From the NCBI GenBank assembly GCA_002269645.1, contig NIVC01002534.1, positions 1 to 64,000 on the forward strand: a stretch of DNA of 64,000 nucleotides. Direction: 5' to 3'. Source of the stretch: Macrostomum lignano. Its lineage: Eukaryota. The translations under genes were made by a program, and so were the position numbers. Shown piece by piece: positions 1-11,607 of this stretch (positions are counted from its first letter, which is position 1; each line of letters begins with the position of its first letter). A model generated the notes under the pieces. That model was not told where the DNA came from and ran no database searches. It saw only the letters and a program-made list of their open reading frames with translations.

Positions 1-1500
1 TAAACAATCATAGAAGCGTCATGTAAACAATCATAGAAAGCGTCATGTAAAAAAATCATAGAAGCGTCATGTAAACAATCATAGAAGCGTCATGTAAACA
101 AATCATAGAAGCGTCATGTAAACAATCATAGAAACGTCATATAAAAATCATAGAAGCGTCATGTAAACAATCATAGAAGCGTCATGTAAACAATCATAGA
201 AGCGTCATGTAAACAATCATAGAAGCGTCATTTAAAAAATCATAGAAGCGCCATGTAAAAAATCGTAGAAGCGTTATATAAAAATCATAGAAGCGTCATG
301 TAAACAATCATAGAAGCGTCATGTAAAAAATCGTAGAAGCGTCATGTAAAAAATCTTAGAAGCGTCATGTAAACAGTCATAGAAGCGTCATGTAAAAAAT
401 CATAGAAGCGTCATGTAAAAAATCATAGAAGCGTCATGTAAAAAATCATAGAAGCGTCATGTAAAAATCATAGAAGCGTCATGTAAAAAATCATAGAAGC
501 GTCATGTAAAAAATCGTAGAAGCGTCATGTAAAAAATCTTAGAAGCGTCATGTAAAGAATCTTAGAAGCGTCATGTAAAAATCATAAAGCGTCATGTAAA
601 CAATCATAGAAGCGTCATGTAAAAAATCTTAGAAGCGTCATGTAAACAATCATAGAAGCGTCATGTAAACAATCATAGAAGCGTCATGTAAACAATCGTA
701 GAAGCGTCATGTAAAAAATCTTAGAAGCGTCATGTAAAGAATCTTAGAAGCGTCATGTAAAAAGTCATAAAAGCGTCATGTAAACAATCATAGAAGCGTC
801 ATGTAAAAAATCTTAGAAGCGTCATGTAAACAATCATAGAAGCGTCATGTAAACAATCATAGAAGCGTCATGTAAACAATCATAGAAGCGTCATGTAAAA
901 AATCGTAGAGGCGTCATGTAAACAATCATAGAAGCGTCATGTAAACAATCATAGAAGCGTCATGCAAACAATCATAGAAGCGTCATGTAAACAATCATAG
1001 AAGCGTCATGTAAAAAATCATAGAAGCGTCATGTAAACAATCATAGAAGCGTCATGTAAACAATCATAGAAGCGTCATGTAAAAAATCATAGAAGCGTAC
1101 TGTAAACAATCATAGAAGCGTCATGTAAACAATCATAGAAGCGTCATGTAAACAATCATAGAAACGTCATATAAAAATCATAGAAGCGTCATGTAAACAA
1201 TCATAGAAGCGTCATGTAAAAAATCATAGAAGCGTCATGTAAAAATCATAGAAGCGTCAAGAAAAATCATAGAAGCGTACTGTAAACAATCATAGAAGCG
1301 TCATGTAAAAATCATAGAAGCGTCATGTAAACAATCATAGAAACGTCATATAAAAATCATAGAAGCGTCGTGTAAACAATCATAGAAGCGTCATGTAAAA
1401 AATCATAGAAGCGTCATGTAAAAATCATAGAAGCGTCAAGAAAAAATCATAGAAGCCTCATTTAAAAACTAATGAAAGTGTCATTTAAAAAATTAGGAAG
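1..1500. repeat. ~23-bp satellite array (TAAACAATCATAGAAGCGTCATG) internal to Helitron copy A
   Basis: Direct tandem periodicity; same unit in reverse complement at 44525-47190. Confidence 0.97.
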
Positions 1501-2357
1501 CGTCACGGTAGAATAAAAGAAACGTCATGTCAGACATGAAAGGTTCATGTAAAAATTAAATGCAACTATAATGCTGTGCTGGGAGAAAAACTGAGACGTC
1601 AAGGCTCTCAGAGAATAACTGAGATTACGGGGGGTTTCTGAGATGTCAAAGCAAAAGTCAGAAGCTACTTCAAAGTTCATGCACTTTACTCCATTTTTTT
1701 TTGCATTCTTTGTTGGCTCGTCACGGGGGGGGGGCGCTGATAGAAGAAAAGTCATGTAAAAAATAAAAGTAGCACTATGTATACATAAAAGAAAAGTCAT
1801 GTCGAAGTTAAAAGATTCATTTGGGAATTGCTACGATGTCAAAGCTTGGTGGAAATCGTTATAGTGCTGTGATTCTTAAAGAAAGAATCACTAAAATGTT
1901 AAGGCTTAGGGGAGAAGAATTGCTGAGATTTCAAGGCTTTAGGTTGGGTTAAAGTTAGGTTTAGGTCAGGTGTGGGTTGAGGGTTATATTTTATCGGGTT
2001 TCAAGGTTAACAGGGGATTTTTTAGATTTCAAGGTTTATGGGGGCCATTGCTGACATGTCAAGGCTTACGGGGGGAATAGCTGAGATGTCAAGGCTCACG
2101 GGGTATAAATGAGATTTCAAGGCTAAAGTCAGAAGCTACATGTAGTTTATTGAAAACTTTTTATTACATTATTTGATGCCTCCTCAGGGGAGGGATCGCT
2201 GATAAAAAAGCGTAATGTAAAAAATAAAAGAAGCTTCATGTCGAAGTTAAGAGATTCATTTGGGAATCCCTACGATGTTGAGGCTTGCAAGGAATCGCTA
2301 TAATGCTGTAGTAGTGCTATAATGACTCTTGGGGAGAATTACTGAAATTTCAATGCT

Positions 2358-2419
2358 TTAGGGTTAGGTTAGGGTTAGGGTTAGGGTTAGGGTTAGGGTT
2401 AGGCTAGGGTTAGGGTTAG
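2358..2419 (+). repeat. Interstitial telomere-type (TTAGGG)n tract inside Helitron
   Basis: About 10 TTAGGG units with a few variants; a degenerate paralogous tract lies at ~1938-1985. Confidence 0.92.
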
Positions 2420-2640
2420 AAGGTTGACAGATATTTTTAGATTTCCAAGGCTTATTGGGGGCATTGCTGAGATGTCAAGGGGGGAAGTTGATATGTTAAA
2501 GCTTGTGGGGGGATAACTGACATGTCAAGGCTTACAAGGTTTGACAGGAGATTTTTTAAGATTTCAAGGATACATGTAGCTTATTAAAAAAACGTGTATT
2601 GCATTTCTTTGGCTCCCCAACGGGGGGCGTAGATTGCTAG

Positions 2641-2848
2641 TAGGTAAAACTAAAAGGCACTTTTACACCAGAGTCAGAGAGCATTGGTTGAAAAGGTCGG
2701 CTATCCAAGACCACCTGCTCTGTTGCAACAGTTGTTGCGAAATTTAGGTAAAACTAAAAGGCACTTTTACACCAGAGTCAGAGAGCATTGGTTGAAAAGG
2801 TCGGCTATCCAAGACCACCTGCTCTGTTGCAACAGTTGTTGCGAAATT
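2641..2848 (+). repeat. Exact 104-bp tandem duplication abutting the Helitron 3' end
   Basis: 2641-2744 equals 2745-2848 (TAGGTAAAACTAAAAGG...GCGAAATT). Confidence 0.95.
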
Positions 2849-3144
2849 GAGCAAACTCAGCAGTTCAAAATTATTTATCGGTGTAGGACTGACTTTAGGC
2901 TTCATATACTTGAATCCATGTACACTATTAAAAACCAAAAACCAAATCTGAATATTCAGCTCTCCCATAGTGGTGCGGGCCATTTGCTCAAGATGTTCTA
3001 AGTGAAGGCACAAACCTGAACAATGTACTCGTAATCTGCTGCTCATTTACTTTGAAAATTCTGCCCATGATATGCCCCTTGGACTATACAGTAAACATTT
3101 GTTCGCTTATCTCTTATAAAAGTTGTTGTGTGACTAAAAATACA

Positions 3145-3190
3145 CCAGACCTGAAGATGGCCCTTGTTGGACCGAAACGCGTCGAAAGAA
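3145..3190 (+). ncRNA. Minimal type-I hammerhead ribozyme-like motif (possibly degenerate)
   Basis: CTGAAGA (3151-3157), helix II GGCCC/GGACC with one mismatch, then GAAAC-GC-GTC (3174-3183) with palindromic ACGCGT. Helix I pairs poorly. Confidence 0.55.
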
Positions 3191-4104
3191 TGTAATCTAT
3201 GTTGATCTTCACTTTTATATTTCTATTCCTTGATTAGTTCAGCGTACAGAGGTGAATCTACGGTCGTATCCTAGCTGAGCTGCTGCTAAATCACGATTAA
3301 ATGCAGCAAAGAAATCGCGCGATAAAATCGATGAACTTTTGTGACTTTTGCGGAAGGGACCTGCGAGACAGGGAGAGAGATCAATAGCTAATGTAAAAAT
3401 CTTGTTACTGCACTCTTTCATTGATAATTCGATCGTCGGATTGTTGGAGAATCTTTCTGCAGCGGACCCTGCTGCGTACTAGTGGCATGCCTGGCCAACT
3501 ATGTCTTGCTGTGCTAGCAACCCGCGGCGGAAGGCATGGACAGCACGGATATTGAGTGAGCTTAAATGAGTCGCCTTGTGCTATGCAAGGTCAGGAGGGT
3601 TTAATATCCCAATTCAGCAAAAAACCTACGTGCAGAAGAATGATGAGCAAATGCTGTACTCGAAAAGTACATTTTAGGCGATGGTGATGATTATGATATA
3701 CTGAGTTTCAATAAATTCAGCGCAAAGAACAAACAAGAAAAGGAGCAAAAGTGCAACCAGGGAGCAAATTTAACTCTATAGTCGTACAGCAATAGCTAGG
3801 GAATTATATAGTTTAGAAGATTAAAACCAGGCTTTTCTGCTGCCATCTGAGCGCATTGGCAGAGTCTGAGCCAGTAAGTCAACAAAATACTAAGCGACAG
3901 CTGAGTAAGAACCAGCAGAGCGTGATAAGGCGGTCGGGGGGCACCTCGTGTGCGGTCAGTTTTGAACGGAATTCAAACTGACACTGCAGGGTGAGGGAAA
4001 CTTTTGCGAATTATTAAGTACATGGAAAGCGTTTGGAACACTAGACATTGGAGAGCTGATTTTCAGCGTCTAGAACAAAGTCATAAACTACGAGTAGATT
4101 GTAT

Positions 4105-4500
4105 GTTGTCTGTGTTGTGGATAGCTTGGTGTGTCAATGCCCCAGACTGTGGGTTCTGTCTCTGCACAGGAATCTCTGTGTCTTGGATAGCTTGGTGTGT
4201 CAGTACCTCAGACTGTGGGGTCTGTCTCTGCACAAGATGTCTGTGTCCTGGATAGCTTGGTGTGTCAGTGCCTCAGACTGTGGGGTCTGTGTCCTGGATA
4301 GCTTGGTGTGTCAGTGCCTCAGACTGTGAGGTCTGTGTCCTGGATAGCTTGGTGTGTCAGTGCCTCAGACTGTGGGGTCTGTCTCTGCACAGGAATGTCT
4401 GTGTCCTGGATAGCTTGGTGTGTCAGTGCCCCAGACTGTGGGGTCTGTCTCTGCACAGGACTGTCTGTGTCCTGGATAGCTTGGTGTGTCAGTGCTCTGG
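4105..4500. repeat. Minisatellite, ~45-65-bp units (CTGTGTCCTGGATAGCTTGGTGTGTCAGTGCCTCAGA...)
   Basis: Tandem periodicity. Confidence 0.9.
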
Positions 4501-4924
4501 ACTCTGAGTCTAAAAAATGCTTCAGAATTTGTCACATTTGTTACTTTCTTTTATGCAATGCAACAAATTTCTCGTGGCTTAGAGGCTTAGGACCGTCTCC
4601 GTCTGCCTTTATCATCCGACACTGCGCCGTCAGTCCCTTTAAAGTCGACACGCTTAGCTGTTTACGGCTATTTTCTATTCAAGTCTTGTAGGTATATTAC
4701 TGCAGTTGTTGCGGGGACGAATCTTAAACTCTTTTTTGCAAGGCGCATTTCACATTCCCAAAATTTCACATTGCATCTTCACAACCTCAAAACTTCACAG
4801 TTTTGTGTCAAGGCCATGCTTGATTTTTATCGAGTAGAGTATTTGGCAGAAGGAATCGGATTAATTAGCTTTTAGTTAAATTCAAATATAGGCTGTTCAG
4901 CATTTGTTATCAGTATGTCAGTTG

Positions 4925-5330
4925 GACTCGGCGCACTCAGGGCTGCTCCATGCGGCCTTTCGAGCTGACGAGAACGTCGGGACCGAGGCCCTGTACGATC
5001 GGGCCAAGCTACAGCGCTCGTCCATCATCCTGCGCCGGCGGCGACTTCAACTGGCGGGTCACGTGATCCGGGCCGAGGGCTACTGCCTTCAACCTGCTCA
5101 GGACGTCCTGCTGCTCACCTTGTAGGGCCCGTTCAGGCGGGGTCAGGCCCGAACCCGTCGATACGTGGACTGCCTCCTATGCGACGCTGGGGCGCCCGAC
5201 ACTGCCAACGGCACGGACTTTGTCCGCTCTCAGTCTCTGCGGCGCGCCATTTGACGCGCCCTGCTTTAACTGTGACTTTGCATGCGGGACGGCGTAATTT
5301 GTTGTTTTTGCTGCTGTTGTTGTTATCATA
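4925..5330 (+). mobile_element. RTE-like non-LTR retrotransposon 3' end fragment
   Basis: LDSAHSGLLHAAF..LYDRAKL..RRRRLQLAGHVIRAE..GPFRRGQARTRRYVDCL resembles the C-terminus of an RTE-clade RT ORF. It has a stop at ~5123 and is followed by a short UTR and a low-complexity tail. Confidence 0.75.
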
Positions 5331-5499
5331 TTATATCTTATTCAATTTCAACCCATTTGTGGCTGTAGTCGGTTGGGACTTGTCAAGAATATCAATAAAC
5401 TGCGAGTATTTAATTATGGACAAGTCGTGGTCTCGCGGTTTAGGCTACTGGTTTTATTTAGCTTAGTAACTTATTATTCTCGTGGATTATCTGGTAGTT

Positions 5500-6230
5500 T
5501 GGTAGATTCGCTGCCACCAGGTCCCTGATTTCCCTAATTCTAGTATTTAGATATTAAAGAAGTGAGTCAGGACACCGATTGAAAATTTCAACACAAGTTT
5601 ATGAAAAAAAGAATTAGTTATCGTTAGTTATACAAAAGTTGTTGTTTACATTAGTTTCCTTATGTGGTTTTGGGCAAGACTCTCAATGTTTCGAGGCAAG
5701 ACTCCTCTTGTGCAAGCTAATTCTTATTCTTATTCTTATTTCCAAATTTTTCCCTTTTTACCTTGAATTCATTGATAAAATTTCTAAGTTAGAAGCGACG
5801 CAAACGGATCCAAGAGCCCAACTGCTCTTTACTAGTAATGAAGTCCCAAAATTCGCGATCTACCCCTTACCCCTGCCCTAATTATTTTCCCTGGCTAAAA
5901 CTACTGATTGTAGTGAAACAGCGTATTTGAATTCACCCGCTAAATTAATGCCCTACTACAATTATAGTTGAAAATAAAACCGACGGAAAAGTAAGTGGGG
6001 CTCGGCTAGGGCCCCAGCGGGTATATTTATGTCAGTACTAGCATAACGCAAGGAGAGGTGGAATGCGCGACTTAAGGAAAGAAGCGAGATTGAAGAGCCA
6101 ATCAGAAGGCAGCGAGGGAGAGAGATACGAAGAATAACAAGACTGAACTAGACAGAGAGGGAGAGAAAACAGTCAACAGAGACGAGTGCAGATGAACTAA
6201 GAAAGGACTAAGAAAGTCGCGACAGGACTT
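5500..6230 (-). mobile_element. Probable LTR remnant with PBS-like TGGTGGCAGCG
   Basis: Minus strand starts TGTCGCGAC at ~6225; PBS-like motif at 5509-5519. The 6050-6225 segment is homologous to 24695-24870. Confidence 0.45.
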
Positions 6231-6554
6231 AAGTAATTAACTAGGGACTGCCTACGTCCATCAGGTATTGATTTAATTTCTTCATCGAAATCAAGTTTAG
6301 CCAGACAGCCTAAAAACATTACAGTTGCTTCATACCTTCATGACCTGGCCGCAGTTCCAGTTCAAATCTCTATTATGCAGCCTCACGCGTCATATGCAGC
6401 CTGCGCAGCAAAGTTATTTTGCCGCACTAATAATTAGCAATCTGATCAAAAAGCTTATTGAAAGTGGATTAGAATTTTTATGAGTTAATTAGTTATTTAT
6501 TACTTCTCAATACAGTTAAGCATGGTATTGCAGCATATACTCACTCACAGGGTG

Positions 6555-9460
6555 TGTAGCGACCCTGACTTTCAGGAGTGCAAGCGCTGGAAATGTGTGC
6601 TCACATTCTAAGACCTTCATCTGAAACGGCCCCTAGCCAGCTCAGCGCTCGAAACAGACCGGAACAGACTGGTTGACCTTGGCAGGCAAAGACGATGGCA
6701 AGCCCACCTCCAGGCGCAAGCAGGCTCGCAGCTCGAAAGGCGAGCGTGAACAATAGCACGCAAGGAGAGCACTGCTTGAGTTCAAAGTCGCCTCATTCTA
6801 AATAACTCTCCCTCTTCTCAGGACTGCACAGTTGTTCGACAGAAATGCACTGAGCAAAGGCTCGACAGGTTCAGAAATTGAGACACACTTCTCCGAATTT
6901 GGTGGCTCAAATCGTCCAGTGCGTGTTAATATCTTGCTGTTACTACAGGCAGGTGACATGGATACTTTGGAATAAAAGCACTTTCTGTTGGGTTTGTGTT
7001 TTGGTTTTGCTCTGAGTGCATGCTGTACTCTTTTCTCTCTAATTCTAGCTTTATGCCCTTTCATTTTCTTGTTTGCACCTGCACATTCGTGCATGATCTT
7101 AAGCCCCAAATATTATCCATTGAGTATTTACTATGCACCTGAAAATTATCAATAAAAAGGTTTTGCCTATGAGTTACGAGCTTGTATCGTTTGATCACTG
7201 GTTTTTTTCGCTTGCAAATATGACTAAACTTGTCAGTTTGTCTACGCTCGTAGTCATAAGCAGGACGAGTATCAAACTGAGAGAAACGTTGCCGATAAAC
7301 AACACAGAAGAGCTTTCTGCATGGATCAGTTTTTGATGCACAAGCCAGATCGAAAGGAATTGAAGACACCGATGAAAGACCAGCGCTGACAGATGCCTTT
7401 CTGGTGGGTTAAAGTTAAACAACTGGTGACTCCGAAGACCGTGTCTGAGCTCAAATGGTCTGCTATCAAGGCAAGTCTGCTGCTGTTCATGAAGCCCAAG
7501 AATTAGTTGCTGATCGCCGAACGGACCTCCTTCGTGTCTATGCACCAAGCCGAAGGTGAGACTGTCGCCAGCAGTGCTGCCCGTCTGACGGAGCAAGCTG
7601 TCACGTGCAAGTTTGAGAAACTGAAAGTCAAGAGAGCGGATCCAGCAGAATAGCTCATTTAATTGCGGCTCATTGCCGGCCTGGCCAACCAGGACATCAG
7701 GAACAAGGTGCTGGAGCGTGAAGTGAATCAGGAGCTGTCAGTCGATCAAGTCAACGACGATGTGCAGCAGTTACTGATGGTCAGCAAATTTTCTACCGAG
7801 CATATGGCGATTGCTGCTTCGGTGGATTCGTTGGTGCACCGGGCCAGGTCGCCGTCAACCCAAGCGCCAGTCTCTGCTGCTGATGCTCTCAACAATCTTT
7901 AAGGTTCAGACTGTGTGAATGCCGTGGAGAAGCAAAAACTGAGGAACTTACAATCTCAGCGTTTTCAGCGTTGTGGGCAGTGGTCGCACCACAATCCAGC
8001 CGACTGCCACGTCCTGAGGGCCACCTGCCATCAGTGCGGAAAGCCAGATCACTTCTCATGCGTGTGCCGGAGCGCCAGGACCCACATTGCGGCGCCGATT
8101 GAAGCCGCTGGCATCCAGTTGAGCTCAAAAGGCCGATGTGATGAGCTCGTGTTTTGACAAGGAAAACAAGGAAACAAGGAAATGAGGATGGAGAAAGACG
8201 GTGGTGCCTCCTGTTCGTTGATCTCCCGGAGGATCTGGAATGAGCTCGGAAGGGCACCTCTTAAAATGGCGAAGCCGCGCATGTTGGCCTACGACGAACA
8301 TGTGATGAGACAGCTGAGCGTTCTGGAGTGCCTGGTGGAGACCGGCGGCAGCAAAAGCCAATTCAGGACTACCGAGCTGCCGTCATTGACTGTCAACAAG
8401 AGTTCGGGTTGCTCGGCCAGAATCTGCAGACTCCCACAACAGTGCACCATGCAAACTCTGCAGAACCAGCGGCCAGTGACAGGTGTGAGAGCTTGTTGGG
8501 AATTTCTGGTGCTATGGAAGAAATTTGCCTTTGCGCTGGAGTGAAACCAATCTTCCTGCCAGCCAGGGAACTCCTTTAGCGTTGAGGCATTTAGATAAGA
8601 AGGAGTTGAATCTGATGGAAGGTGCTGGAATTGTTGAAAAGGTAACGTCTTCTGAATGGGGCAGTCCAATTGTCGTAGCAGCGAAGTCTGACCTAGCATC
8701 TGTGAGAATCTGTGGAGACTATTCAGTGGTTAATCGATGGGTGCAGGACCAGATTTACCTAACGCCATCAATAGAAGCAGCCTTCTCTAAGATGGCCAAC
8801 AAAAAGCCATTCTGTCGGATGCTTACTACCAGATTCCTTTGAATGAAGAGTCCAAGGCAGTAATAACGATTAACACTCGGCTGCCTTATGATATCAAGGT
8901 GTCACCTCAATTTTTCAACGCGAAACGGAGAAGCTTATTGGAGATGTGTGATAGTTTACCAGGATGATGTGCTGATCGGCATTCGCTGATGTCAAGAAAA
9001 TCTGGGTTTCAATCCATGCATCAAGCCGTTTGATGTCTGCTTACCAGTCTGTCTTAGGGTCGATGCTAGTGAGAAATCTTTGGGTGCTGTGCTCGTCCAG
9101 TCGGGCCATCCCGTAACATCGTAAATGTTCATGTCCAGGGCGCTCTCACAAGCAGAAACCAACTATTCGAACATCGAGAGGGAAGCGTTGGCGATAGATT
9201 GGGCTGTTGAACGGGCTCGAAAAAAATTCACTCTTCAGACTGATGAGCCTTTAAAATACATCCTAAACCCAAGCAAAAATCTTCCAAAGATGATTTCAGC
9301 CAGATTGACCCAGTGGACTTGAGATTGTCGGCTAATGACTATGAGATCGAATATGGGCCAGGAAGGAAAATTCAAGATGCAGACGCTTTGTCAGACTCAG
9401 TTTTGAAAGCTGCGACCCTGAGACTGACTCCGACTCGGCTCATCATGCAGTGAAGATCAC
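6555..9460 (+). mobile_element. Degenerate Ty3/Gypsy LTR retrotransposon (LTR, gag, protease, RT, RNase H; no integrase seen)
   Basis: Zn-knuckle CHQCGKPDHFSCVC; protease-like DGGASCSLIS; RT motifs EWGSPIV..VRICGDY and YQDDVLI (~8957); RNase H motifs DASEKSLGAVL, NYSNIEREALAI and DADALS. Many stops and frameshifts. Confidence 0.9.
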
Positions 9461-9939
9461 AGAAGGCCTGGCAACGATTGAGGAATCTGCTGTCGGGGGG
9501 CGGACGGACGGGGGAGCATGGGAGTTTCCTGTAGAAATTTTCCCGCAAAAGTTTACCGATGAGATTTTTCATCCGTGGTTCTTCTAGACTTTTCGAGCGA
9601 AATTTCATATACATGTAAGCGAATTACAGAAATTGGCTAAGAGGTTCAGAGCAATCGAACTCAGGTGGTTGTTTATAAAAGCCCTAAAGGTAGGTCTTCC
9701 TGCCACAGACGCTCAGAAGGACTGAAATAAAGTCAAGTCCGAACTTTGTTGTGACACAAAAACATAAACAACTTTGCAGGCTGAAAAGCCAGCTTTATAC
9801 TGAAACAATTTATTATCGATCGTCTGACTCACCCTAACCACCCACCCCGCGCTAGCAAAGTACATTCAGCCAGAGTTGCGAGAGATCAAAAACAACTTAA
9901 CCCACACACAGCACCCGCCCCCGGCGCGCACGCAGGCCA

Positions 9940-10900
9940 AGTTACCACAAGGACCGCACGCTGCTCTTCAGGTTTGATGTCGTTCGCCTCGAAAAACTGT
10001 GCTCCAGTCTGGCTTGATATTGCTGCCATTTTTCAGTCCCCTCTTCAAAGGGTTCAATTGAGCCCAACAAGCTCATGGATCGTCGCCAGTGTAAAGATTT
10101 CACTTTAGATTGTAGAACGATATACGCTTGATATGAGTCAAGTGACTGCGATTTATACTGTAATTGTTGAGCACGATACATTGGGTGGATAAGGCTTAGG
10201 GGTGGAGAGCAAGAGCGGCTAGAATAAAGAGCGTACATGAGTAAGAACGAACATATTTTCGAAAGACGCACGTAGTGAAACGGGTAAAAACACCACCTCC
10301 AAAACAATGAATAAAGTACATGCTAACAACACTAACAACAATTAGCCCAGCCAAGTCACCACAATAATGTTTAATAACTGCATCCGCGCAAGCACCGTCT
10401 CTGAGCACCAACCACTGCCACTGCCACTGCCTCCGTAGCCATGGTCCGCGGGACGCCTTCCCTCGGCCTCCCTGATGCTTCACGACCCGACGGAGCCCCT
10501 GCATTGAGGCCAAGCCCGCACCACCACTCTGCGGGCCACTCACGGAGGATCTGCTGAGCATCGGCCTGACCCCCTTGACCGTCACTGACCTCTCCCCCAG
10601 CCTGTTCAAACAGCGTGTGCTCGCTAGCGAGGGTTTGCACACGCACGCACAAACAAACACACAAACATACAAACCAGTACAGCGTATCAGGGGGAGCGGA
10701 GCGTACAGAAAATTTTGTAAAGCTCGAAAGCTCGAAAACATCGGGGCACGCATTTGGACTGGCTAGGCGCCGAAACATATGGGTTCGCAGAGCACGCAAA
10801 GGGTGTGAGCCCGCACACAATTTCAGGTGCAAGTAATTTGAGAGTTGAAGAGTAGCTAGACTGGCTGATCATATAAGTGCATAAAAATCTTTCTAAAACC
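9940..10900 (-). mobile_element. Second Gypsy remnant: LTR, PBS and gag N-terminus
   Basis: Minus strand reads ...TTTACA-C-TGGCGACGA-TCC-ATG, then MSLLGSIEPFEEGTEKWQQYQARLEH, a typical Gypsy gag start. The LTR 5' boundary is uncertain. Confidence 0.7.
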
Positions 10901-11607
10901 TTCAGGCTTTGAAACAACGTTTCCGTCACGATTTCTGAATTTGATATTACGAGCGTAAGATGAAAAATTGAATTTCTAAATGATGTTTCCGCGAAAGACC
11001 CCCTGCTTCTGCGTCATCAATCGACTATTTCTCCAGTGTAGGAACAAAACAGTTTTTAATTGCCAATCAAGGAATGCAGACAACGAGTTTCTTCTAGCTT
11101 TAGTCGTTGATTACTGCGAGCGGATATGGCGGAGAAGCTCAAACAAATTGGATTGCGGAAGAAGCAGCACGGAGGATTACTTCAGCATGGTCGCCATCGG
11201 CGCTGCAAGAATCGGATTCTTATTTTCCCCGAGCCGAGCTAATCGAAACGAACACGACCCGGCAGAGGAATTAGGCAAAAAAGAATTAGCTTTAGACCTC
11301 TTGCACGCAACGAGCTAGTCTCCGTCAATTTAAATAAGATGCATGCGAGAAACTGCAGAGAATTAAATAACCATAGTGGAGAAAGGCAGAAATGAATAAT
11401 TAACTGGATTTCAAACTGCAACGATCTTCTTAATTAGAATGGCTTCCTGAAGCCAAGATGAATTTTCGAAAAAAATTAAGCAGCCATGACACGTGGTGGA
11501 GTAAACAGGAAAACCAGTGTTAGCCATCAAATGGATTGAATAAATTGAATGGGCTGCATAAAATTGAGGTTTTGGAATTTTCTAAAGATATTGATCTATT
11601 GTTATCT

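Larger units (their letters stand above)
1..2640 (+). mobile_element. Non-autonomous Helitron, copy A (5' part outside window)
   Basis: Ends in the GC-rich hairpin GCTCCCC-AAC-GGGGGGC followed by GTAGATTGCTAG (CTAG at 2637-2640), then T. It is the reverse complement of 43369 onward, whose other end shows the Helitron 5' TC. Confidence 0.85.
2641..3190 (+). mobile_element. Penelope-like retroelement 3' remnant (C-terminal half of GIY-YIG endonuclease plus hammerhead-like motif)
   Basis: ORF 2684-3001 contains GKTKRHFYTRVREH..SAIQDHL..FKII..LHILESMY..KPNLNIQL, typical of the Penelope GIY-YIG C-terminus. It is truncated at the (YI)GKT motif by the Helitron. Confidence 0.8.

Noticed and set aside
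2358-2419. True chromosome end or telomere
   Set aside because: Short tract, internal to a repeated element, with ordinary DNA on both sides.
5675-5720. Minus-strand GAGG/CCTC hairpin plus GAAAC resembling a second hammerhead
   Set aside because: Lacks the CUGANGA core (reads CACAAGA).
10980-11421. ORFs 10980-11318 and 11239-11421
   Set aside because: No recognisable motifs or splice context; left unannotated.
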